64,000 nt of DNA from Hyaloraphidium curvatum SAG 235-1 (lineage: Eukaryota > Fungi > Monoblepharomycota): NCBI GenBank assembly GCA_025558095.1, contig JAIVFI010000006.1, positions 62,001-126,000 on the forward strand, written 5' to 3'. Positions within the stretch are counted from its first letter, which is position 1, and each line of letters starts with the position of its first letter. Below are positions 55,314-64,000 of the stretch, piece by piece. The translations under genes were made by a program, and so were the position numbers. Under the pieces are notes generated by a model that was given only the letters and a program-made list of their open reading frames with translations, did not search any database and had not been told where the DNA came from.

Positions 55314-56362
55314 ATGTCCCGGCTCGGTGCCGTCCCGATGGGCGCCGACTACAACAAGTACTCGGCCGGTCAGGGTGCAATGGTCGTCTCGGGCCTCCCG
55401 CTACTCGCCCGCGCCGCCGCGGAAATCGCGGACCCGGCCGGCCGCACCGCCGTCGTCTCGGACTTTGCCGCCGCGCACGGACGCAACTCGCTCTCCCCAA
55501 TGGGGCTCGCGGTGGACGCGCTGCTGGGGAGGGGCGCCTCGGCGGTGCAAGTCTTCCACACCGACCTGCCGGGCAACGACTTCTCGACCCTGCTCAAGCT
55601 CGTTTCCGGGGACGGATCGTACGCAGCGGGCAGGCCCAACGTCTTTCCATCGGCGATGGCCCGGGACTTCCGGCTCCGCTGCTTCCCGGACCGTAGCCTA
55701 GACCTCGCGTGGTGTTCGGCGGCCCAGCACTGGCGCTCCAAGCCGAATCCTTCCCCAGATATTGCCCTTATCACCCCCGAGCTCGTCGCGCTGGCAGGGC
55801 AGGACTGGGCGACCTACCTCGCGTGCCGAGAGGCCGAGCTCGCGCCCGGCGGTCAGGTGATCCACTGCGAGGGCTGCCGCGACGCGAAGGACCTGGTCGG
55901 GAACGAAAGGTGGTCGTCGGCTACTCTCAAGATCTTTGAAGAGTCCTTTGGCGAGCCTCCACCTCCTTACCCGGCCTACTGGCGCGGCGAGGCCGAATGG
56001 AGGAAGCCCTTCGAGAGCGGAGAAACAGGCCTGATCCTCAAGGAGTTCGAGACGGTCACGGTTGACAAGTCGGTCCAGTACGAAGGTTACCTGCAGAGCG
56101 GTGGGCCAGTTGCGGCGAGGCTGCAAATCCAAGCTGATCTGCTCGCTCACCCGGCCGTCCAGGGGACTTGGACGCCTACGTCGACGCCACGGTCGGGGCG
56201 TACATGGCCGCCGCCGCCGGCGTCTCCGGGATATCCAAGTACCCCCAGGAGCAGCAGGATCGGTACTACTCGAGGATCAAGCAGGCCATCAGGGCCGACC
56301 CGGAGGGCATGCAGTTCGTGCGGATCAACTACTGCGTCTTCAGGTTTCAGAAGCCGCTATGA
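55314..56362 (+). CDS. SAM-dependent carboxyl methyltransferase (SABATH/Methyltransf_7-like); 2 exons
   Basis: YNKYS..Q, SDFAAAHGRNS, VFHTDLPGNDFSTL, FPDRSLDL..HW.S, DWATYL..R..ELAPGG and YWR..EW. Intron 56101-56162. Confidence 0.85.
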
Positions 56363-56929
56363 GCTCCGTGCGGAAAGGTCGCGATACGGCGGATGGACGA
56401 GAGATTCTGGGGGCTTTTTTTGGTGCATCGTGGATGCCGCGATACATCGGGCTTTCGAGTTGGGAAAATGTAGCGTCTCCCGGCGTCCGGAGGAGAACAA
56501 GTCGGCATCACTGCGTCCTTGTCGGATGCGGCAGATGTTGCCGATCTCGGGCGCCAAGGGTCCACGTGCGTTGCGGCGCATTGCCCAGCTTCTTCTTTGC
56601 AGACGGCGCCGGGCGATACGAGGGCGTCAGCAGCAGCTGAAGCTGTTGCCGTCGCACGAGCCAGCCTGTGAGCGCCTCCCGCAGAACGAGGCTTCGTGTC
56701 CGTCCCGAGGTGCACCACCAAGCGACGTGACCTGCAGCCAGACTAAGGCCGACGTATGCCAGTATCGATCCGCGAGCGGGCCGCGTCGCCCTGGAGCAGC
56801 GGCCAGAACCGGATTCGCCCGGCGCCGGAGGCACAATCTGCCAGTGAGCCGCGGCCGCGGCCGCCATGATCGAGGCCCGCGCGGGCCGGCGATCTCCGGC
56901 GCCCAGCATCCACCAAGAACAGTTGGAGC

Positions 56930-57220
56930 TACGCAGGCATGTGCATCGTTCTAGCCCCACCGCGCCGCGCCTGGGGTGACCCATAGGGGGACGCAGCGGC
57001 GCAGCGTGAGATCAAGACCATCATCGTCGTCACATGGCGACGATGTGCCCGCGCTCTGCCGCGCCTCGCTTCGCTGGGCGCGTGGGCGGTGATGACGTGG
57101 CGGTTCGGTGGGCACCGAACGTCAAACGCACACGTGCCTAGCGAATCACAGTAGATCACATTCAATGGCCTGAACACATCACATCAATCAACAAAAGAAA
57201 CGTCAAGTGACAAGCACGTA
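56930..57220. repeat. Intergenic block with collinear paralogous pieces at about 49262-49318, 50170-50300 and 52358-52472
   Basis: Direct matches, e.g. GTGCATCGTT..AGCCCCACCG.GCCGCGCCTGGGGTGACCCA; ATGGCGACGATGTGCCCGCGCTCTGCCGCGCC; CATTCAATGG..CACATCACATCAATCAA. Confidence 0.85.
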
Positions 57221-57259
57221 GCAAAAGATCCTTTGATCGCGACGCCCCGAAGCTCGACA

Positions 57260-58645
57260 CTACTTCGCCGGCTTGATATTGTTGTTGTACCTCAGCAGAT
57301 TCTCAGGGTCGTACTTTGTCTTGATCTTCCCCAACCTCTCCGCGGTCTGCCCCACCCCGTAGGCCAGCTCCCCGCCTTCGGGATCGCTCAGCGTGTTGTA
57401 CGTCCCCGCGGCCCACGGCGCCAGCTTCCCGTTCAGATCCTTCGCCCACGCCGCGACGGCCGCGCGATCTTTGGGGTCGCCGAACTTGGCGTTGGTGAGC
57501 ACCCAGAACGGCGCGGCGCGGTGCGCGACGGCCGTCGATTCCGCGGGCACCCGCGCCGCGGCGCCGCCGAGCGCGAACACGACGCAGTTGCCGCCGGCGG
57601 TCGGCGCGGGCTTGGCGGCGGTGTGGTCCAGCAAGACGTCGACGGCCTCGTCCGGGAGGGAGGAGAGAACGATGGCGGTGTTGTAGTACAGCCCCGGGGG
57701 CTGGCTCGAGGCGAGGTACTCCTGGATGCTGTCCTTGGTGCCGGCGTAGGGCATCTCCTTGGTCGAGCGGAACACGGGCAGGCCGAAGTAGGCGTTTTCC
57801 TTGATGTATTTCCTTCCCTCGTCGAGGTTGCCGTTGCCGGTCCAGACCGAGGCGGTGATGACGGGGCCGGCGACGGGGAGCACGAGGAAGGCGGCCACGT
57901 CGTCCGGGGTGGCGGGGGCAAAGTCGCGCCACTTTTGCACCACGTACCGGCCGCCGGGGAGCAGGCCAAAGAGCGAGGTGCGGAAGTGGACCGCGGCGCT
58001 GTTGATGACCGGGCCGCGGGAGTGGAGCCGGAACTTCCACTTGGTGACGATGCCGAAGTTGCCCCCGCCGCCGCGGACGGCCCAGAAGAGGTCCGAGAAC
58101 TCGTTTTCCGCGTCCGCCGTGACGATCCTGCCGTCGAGCAGGGCGACCTCGCATTCGAGCAGGTTGTCGACCGTCAGCCCGTGCTTCTTGACGAGGTACC
58201 CGAACCCGCCGCCCAGCGTCAGACCCGACACCCCTGTGTCGGAGTTGGTCCCGGCGGTGGTCGCCAGCCCGTGCTTCGCCGTCGCGTTGTCAAACTCGCC
58301 CAGCTTCACCCCGGCGCCGACGACGGCGGTCTTGCTCGCGGCGTCGACGGTGACCTCCTTGAGCCGCGACAAGTCGATCATGATCGCGCCGTCGCGTGAC
58401 GCGTGAATCGAGTGCCGGCCGGCGGCGACGCAGATGGGGATCCCGGTGCGCACGGCCCACTGCAGGGCGGCCGAGACTTCCTTGGCGTCGGCGGGGCTTG
58501 CGACGACGGCGGGCTTGCCGACCGCGTCGCGGTTCCACGCGTCGCGCGCGGTCGCATAGTCCGGGTCGGCGGGCAGGACGATCTTCGAGCAGACCGCGCG
58601 GAGCGCGGAGAAATCGGGGGAAGTGGCGGCCGCGTCGTCGGGCAT
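57260..58645 (-). CDS. FAD-linked oxidoreductase (VAO/BBE family, 6-hydroxy-D-nicotine-oxidase-like; intronless)
   Basis: AAGRHS (RSGGH-like), TGVSGLTLGGGFG, HGLTVDN, DLFWAVRGGGGNFGIVT and BBE tail YG..ERL.KIK.KYDPEN. Confidence 0.93.
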   Translation of the reverse strand: MPDDAAATSPDFSALRAVCSKIVLPADPDYATARDAWNRDAVGKPAVVASPADAKEVSAALQWAVRTGIPICVAAGRHSIHASRDGAIMIDLSRLKEVTVDAASKTAVVGAGVKLGEFDNATAKHGLATTAGTNSDTGVSGLTLGGGFGYLVKKHGLTVDNLLECEVALLDGRIVTADAENEFSDLFWAVRGGGGNFGIVTKWKFRLHSRGPVINSAAVHFRTSLFGLLPGGRYVVQKWRDFAPATPDDVAAFLVLPVAGPVITASVWTGNGNLDEGRKYIKENAYFGLPVFRSTKEMPYAGTKDSIQEYLASSQPPGLYYNTAIVLSSLPDEAVDVLLDHTAAKPAPTAGGNCVVFALGGAAARVPAESTAVAHRAAPFWVLTNAKFGDPKDRAAVAAWAKDLNGKLAPWAAGTYNTLSDPEGGELAYGVGQTAERLGKIKTKYDPENLLRYNNNIKPAK

Positions 58646-59375
58646 TCTTCGTCGTCGGACGCGATTGGCGCGCGGAGACGGAGAAGCGAGGAGCCGGAGC
58701 GAGGATGCGGGTCGCAAGTACGGTACGCGACGCGACGAAGGAGGGAGATGCGGATGCCGGAGGTGTCGCAAAGCCGCAGCTCGACTCGACACGACGCGAC
58801 ACAGCGGCTCCAGCTCCGGCTCCGTCCACCAGCCCGATCGGAAGAATCCAGATACGCCAAAGCTACGCGACGCAAGTCTCGAAGCTAGCAACGCAAGTGT
58901 CGAACGATAAGGCTGAGTGCTTCTCTCCAGCAATCATTCAGAAACTGGGCAAGCTGCGTGCTTGCGGAATTCGGTGAGCAGGGCTCTAACCGCGGACGAC
59001 AGCGGCTGCCGCCGACCAAGGGGACCGCTTCACTCTGCTGAGCAGGTTGCAGTGGTGCTTGAGATACAAGTTTTAATGTGCAATGGGATAGAGCGATGCA
59101 GCGTCCTAGAGTGGGGCAGGAAAGGGGGCTTTTCGGGGCGGTTGGTTCCAAGGATGCGGCTCTGCAGAGCTTCGCACCGGGACACCCAACTGCCCTCGGG
59201 ACCACGAACTCGCCAACGGTGCTTTCCATTGCCGCTCCCCCCTTGCCTCGTCTTCGGGGTATTTTTCCGACTGATCGAGCGGGCGGGGACCGCGCCACCA
59301 CGTGCTGAGCGGGTTCAGTGGTTCTCCCGCCGCTCCAAAACACACAGACGCTGGAGAAAACCAGGCGGTGCGACG

Positions 59376-60989
59376 ATGCCCCACGCCGACAAGCCCGGCA
59401 AGAAGCAGAGCTGCGCGGTGTGCGGCGCGGCCGAGGGCGCGCTGCTGCCGGCGGCGTTGCTGCCCGCCGGCGTGCCGCTCGCGGGGAAGCTCTCCGCGCC
59501 CAAAGCGCGCGTGTGCCGCGCAGACGCCCGCGCGCTGCTGCTCGCGCGGCTGCGCGCGCTGCTCGCCGACGATGCCGCCGCGTCGGCCGCGCTCGGCGAC
59601 GCCGCGATGAAGAGCCGCGGGGACTATGAGCTGGGAGAGGAGAATTGGGAGCGGCAGTTCGACACAAAACGCACATTCGGGGAAAAGGCAGCAGACGCCG
59701 TGGCCAGACGCGGCGGCTCCTGGACCTTTGTGCTCTCCCTGCTCGGCTTCCTGGTCGTGTGGTGCCTCCTCAACTCGGTCGTCCTCCCCGAGCAGTACCG
59801 CTGGGACCCGTTCCCCTTCATCCTCCTCAACCTCTTCCTCTCCATGCTGGCGGCGTTCCAGGCCCCCGTGATCATGATGTCGCAGAACAGGCAGGCCGCC
59901 CGGGACCGCGTCGAGTCGCTCTTTGTCGCCACGCACACGCTGCGCGCCGAGCACACTTCGCGGCACATCAACGCCAAGCTCGACCACCTCGTGCACGGCG
60001 GGTGGCGCAGGATGATGGAGGTGATGGAGCTGCAGCTGTGGCTCGCGGACCCGGAGCATGCCTCGAGGGGGGACAAGAAGGCCAAGGGGGCCAAGGCCGC
60101 CGCGGGGAAGCGGGTCCGCTTCTCGGTCCCCGGCACCAAGTCCGCGGACCCACACCTCTTGTACCTCCTCCGCTGCTCCTCGGGCTCCCCCTCCCCCCTG
60201 CTGTTCCAGCGCTGGCACCGCCTGGGCGACAACTACTCGTGCCTCCCCACCAACGTCGCCTTCCACCTCTCCTCCTCCGGCACCCTCAAGCACGCCTCGT
60301 ACGACCTCGTCCCCTCGGACCCCGGCGCAGCCCTGGACGACATGTTCCACGGCGAGGCCCGCGTCACCCTGCGCAACGACCTCGGGCTGCCGGAGCAGCT
60401 TCCCCGGGGGCGCATCCTCCGCATCCGCGCCGAGTACGCCGACGGCACGACGGGGGCGTGGGACAACGGCGCGCTGCCGGAGAGGTACGCGCCGAGCTTC
60501 GGGACCAGGAGGGAGGAGGCGGTGGCGAGGGAGTGGAGGGCGGCGGTGGTGCGGGTCGGGATGGACTATGCGCCGCCGGCGCAGGGGGCCGCCGTGGGGT
60601 TCGTTCGTGTGCCTGCGGGATGCGCGGGGGAGGGGAAGGTGCGGGTCGGGGTTGGGGAGGGGAGGGCGTGGGTGCGCAGGCTGGAGGAAGGGGAGGGGGT
60701 GAAAGAGGTGCTGGCCACATGCGCCGAGTTTGCCGCCGCGGGCGACGGGTTCTTCCCCTCTGGCGCGTGGATACAGGTCGGTGGCGACGGGCGAGTGGAG
60801 CTTGATGAGGGAATGTGGGCGGTGTGGGCGCAGGGTGGGGGGAGGGCGGACGTGGACGTGCGGGTTGCGCCGGCGGACGGCGAGGAGGCGGAGCGCGGGC
60901 AGGCGACGGATGCCGAGAGGGAGGAGCGCGGGGAGGCGACGGATGCAGAGAGAGAGGAGCGGTTGGATGGGGAGACGAGCGCCTCTTGA
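59376..60989 (+). CDS. DUF1003-family membrane protein with a long C-terminal extension (intronless)
   Basis: TFGEKAADAVA..GGSWTFV..WDPFPFILLNLFLSMLAAFQAPVIMMSQNRQAARDR is a typical DUF1003 core; 33-bp tandem repeat near the 3' end. Confidence 0.85.
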   Translation: MPHADKPGKKQSCAVCGAAEGALLPAALLPAGVPLAGKLSAPKARVCRADARALLLARLRALLADDAAASAALGDAAMKSRGDYELGEENWERQFDTKRTFGEKAADAVARRGGSWTFVLSLLGFLVVWCLLNSVVLPEQYRWDPFPFILLNLFLSMLAAFQAPVIMMSQNRQAARDRVESLFVATHTLRAEHTSRHINAKLDHLVHGGWRRMMEVMELQLWLADPEHASRGDKKAKGAKAAAGKRVRFSVPGTKSADPHLLYLLRCSSGSPSPLLFQRWHRLGDNYSCLPTNVAFHLSSSGTLKHASYDLVPSDPGAALDDMFHGEARVTLRNDLGLPEQLPRGRILRIRAEYADGTTGAWDNGALPERYAPSFGTRREEAVAREWRAAVVRVGMDYAPPAQGAAVGFVRVPAGCAGEGKVRVGVGEGRAWVRRLEEGEGVKEVLATCAEFAAAGDGFFPSGAWIQVGGDGRVELDEGMWAVWAQGGGRADVDVRVAPADGEEAERGQATDAEREERGEATDAEREERLDGETSAS

Positions 60990-61271
60990 TGACTGGCTGC
61001 CAATGCATTTTCCGATCGGAAATCACGAGCTTTCATCGCGCGGGGCTGTGTTGTTCGCCGGGCCGCTCGACGCCTCCCCACGCGACGTGCGCGCTGCGGA
61101 AAGGCCCGGAAAAGGTGCGCGTGGTTCGTACCCGCATATGTTGCTCCTCAGGAGGTGGAATCCCGTGTCGTTGGCGCGGAACGGCAGCAACATGACTCAG
61201 GGAGAATGAGCATAGCCATGGATCCCCGAACTAACCCCGAACCCGAGTCACAACTTCCACGTCGTTCTGAC

Positions 61272-62825
61272 ATGCCGGGAATGAAGGTCGCCCTGATCTT
61301 CTTTTTCACTGCTTTCCTCGTGCGTGCACCACTCCTCGGCGCCGCGCCGGTGCCGGGCGCGCGGTGGGTGCCGCCGCTGTCACCACAGCGCGTTGAGCGC
61401 TCCGACCGCAGGCACGCCGTGTTCCGCCGCAGCTGCTCGGACTGCGGTGAAGGTCTTTTCTGGCACGTGCTTTTTGAGTCCCCGGAATCCTGCAGAGGCT
61501 CTGCTGACGTCCCCGCAGCGAGTTCTCGTACCCCGGCACGCCCCCAGGCGTCGTCGCCTGCGTGAGCTACGGCGACGACGAGGAGGACTTTCGGAACCTC
61601 TACCGCCGCTACGCTGCCGCCCGGGATGCGGAGCCCACAAGCTGGACCTCGACCGCGTCGTCAACCTCTGTCACAACCAGCTCGACGGTGCCCTCCTCCA
61701 CCTCCGTGACTACCAGCTGGTCGGCAACGACAACCTCGAGATCCAAGACTGCGTCCACAACAAACACCCCCGTGACTTTGACTCCGACGCTGAACCCGAG
61801 CAACACCATATTGCGCGCGGACTGCACTTACCTCCCCGTCCCCTTCATTGTTCCCGACGCGAGCAAGACCGCCAACGACGTCTTCAACATTGAACTGGTG
61901 ACCTGCTCAGCCAACAAGACCTTCGACAGCTACTTCGTGGCCGCGGCACAAAAGTGGATGAGCATCATCACCTCCGATGTTTACAACTACCCGCTCTATA
62001 AATCGGACTGCGTGCGCTTCGGGACCGGCGCAGGGGACGCGGTGATGTCCTGCCAATTCGTCGACGACATCATCATCGGCATCATGATCGAAGCCATTGA
62101 TGGTCCTTCACACACAGTGGGGAACGCGGGGCCGGTGTACATGCGCGGGGGCGACCCGGCACATGGGTACTTTCTTCCCCTCACCGGCTCCATGCGATTC
62201 GACAGTGGTGAGATTTGTCCACAGCCAAACGACGAGGCATTGCTGATTTTCCTTCTCTGCGCATGGATTGCCAGCCGACATGGACGATCTAATGGCAAGA
62301 AACATACTCGAGGACATAATTGTGCACGAAATGGGCCACATTCTCGGCTTCGGCAGCCTCTGGATCTACTCCGTTCTGCTCTCGCCATCCAACTGCGTTG
62401 CACTTGTGGCAGCCGGCAACACAGTATCCGGGGCGCGGTTCCTCGGCGCCCAGGCTAACTCTACCTTGCCTGCGGTTGATCCGAACAACTACTTGGGGCT
62501 AACCTACGTGCCGGTTGAGGACGGCGGAGGCAACGGGACGTCCTGCACGCATTGGAAGGAATCCGTGTTCAAGAAGGAGCTCATGACGGGCTGGCTTCCG
62601 AACGGCGGTGGCACCCCGCTCAGCCTCACGACCGTCATGAGCCTCGCCGACTTGGGGTACGGCGTTAACACCGCCAGCCCCTACATCAGCCTGACTTTCG
62701 ACCTCGGGGACCCGACCATGACGCCTGATCACCGGCGGCGGGCCGTAATGGAGGAGGGCGGTGTGTGGCTCACTGGATGCACCGATGTCTTTGGTCCGCC
62801 AGTGGTGGTCCCCATGCCCGAATGA
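61272..62825 (+). CDS. Secreted zinc metalloprotease, leishmanolysin (M8)-like; 4 exons
   Basis: Signal peptide, 4-Cys module, S/T-rich linker, IDGP..GNAGP, HEMGHILGFG and VPVEDGGG.GT..HWKE..ELMTG (Met-turn). Introns at about 61364-61411, 61463-61518 (GC-AG) and 62208-62274. Confidence 0.88.
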
Positions 62826-64000
62826 GCCCGCTGTATACAAACGATGTAAAGCAAGCCATCATCACTGCCAACGAGCTATTGGCAGCGATCCCGCAGCGCG
62901 CCGCGTCGCACCGTTCGTTCCTGTCCGGACGGCAGGTCTCACCCAAGGGGTATCAAATCGGCAAGGGGAGGTGTCCGTCCCCGTCCCGTGCTGCGACACA
63001 CAAAGGTCCCGCCCGGCGATGCGACGTAGGCAATGCGAGAGAACCGATCGTTGGCGGCATACACCGGCAGCGACCCCGCAGCCCGCCGCATCGCCCCGTC
63101 CTTCCCGGTCCGCACCGCACGGCGACGGGGCGCGGGCCGTACCCGAAGTTGTACCTCCCCCAGTACAGCGGCGGTCCCAGCTTCCGTCCGGTCGCGCCCA
63201 GGCCTTTCCGGTGCTCGAAATGCAGATTCGGCCCGGAGGGTGCGTGGGGCACTACAGGCAGGTGGCTTCCCCTGCAGTCCATCATGGCACCCGGCCCGCG
63301 CAGAGCTGGATCAAGAGGACGTCGAAAGTGATGCCGAGAAGCATCATTATTTGGCGCCCCGCTGCCAGCGCTTCGAGGCTCCCTCTTTGGACACCAGGTC
63401 CGTCCGGCCTTGGGGGAGTCGATTCGCAATGACGCGGTGCGCAACGGAAAGCTGCGCACCAGCGTTATGCAATGGTCCCGGCATTCGGCGGAGGTGCTCG
63501 CCGGCGGCTGCCGCGCCTCATCAACCCTGGGATCGACCAGCCGCGGACACGGGTGCGCCTGACTGCCCTTCGGCCCAGCGCCGGCCCCGGCGTTGGCCCC
63601 CACGCGGCGCTGCCACAGCGATCTCAAAATCACAGCACCGAAGGCTTCGATTCGGGGAAGCCGCGGCTGCGCCTCGTCGGCGGCCGGAACAGGGTGTCGG
63701 GTGGAACGGTGACGTGGCGCGACTCGAAGCGCGGCCGCACCCCCCTCCTCCCGCGGCGCGTCTCCGAATCGGCGAGAATCGCCACGCTAGCACGGCGATC
63801 TCTCGTCTTCGCCAGCAGCGCCGCGTGGCCCCCGTGAGCTGCGGTCGGTCGGACGACCGGGTGTCGCGGGAAGCCTCTCATCACCCATCAGCAGCTCCGC
63901 GCCTCTATATCCCCCCCACGACAAACTCGGCGCTCTTTGCGCTCCCCACGCTCCCCGCGCTCCCCGTACTCGCCGCGCTCCCCTTCCTCGCCCTCCTCCT

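Noticed and set aside
62830-64000. Possible coding relic (CSKC-containing ORF) and possible start of a gene at the window edge
   Set aside because: No coherent domain; the pyrimidine-rich end may be a 5' region but cannot be supported within the window.
1-64000. Prokaryotic origin or contamination suggested by several bacterial-like genes
   Set aside because: Spliceosomal introns occur throughout, including inside the bacterial-like acetyltransferase and methyltransferase, and there is no operon structure.

Overview
GC-rich eukaryotic genomic DNA. Introns are short (mostly 50-70 nt), GT-AG, and often carry CTGAC/CTRAY-like branch points. The gene content (CBM18-CE4 chitin deacetylase, JEN1-type transporter, fungal-type MACPF, P450) points to an early-diverging fungus, perhaps chytrid/monoblepharid-like; this is inference. 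About 23 protein-coding genes can be modelled by hand, plus gene relics. The standout locus is a tandem pair of very large secreted proteins (14.8-26.6 kb, minus strand) that join three SUEL/rhamnose-type lectin domains, two Ig-like repeats, poly-Pro linkers, a MACPF pore-forming domain and two PAN/apple-like domains. An inverted orphan copy of their last lectin exons lies at about 32 kb. Together these form a candidate glycan-targeted pore-forming system. Other notable items: a UBR-box + PHF5-like zinc-finger fusion; a ~120-135 bp SINE-like element in two copies, one with an empty-site paralogue in the window; a small Cys-rich N-terminal module shared by a PAN protein and an M8-like protease; a zipperless bZIP; several bacterial- or plant-like genes; and many local duplications and insertions. 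No rRNA, tRNA or CRISPR array was seen. All exon boundaries and family calls were made by eye, without database searches.
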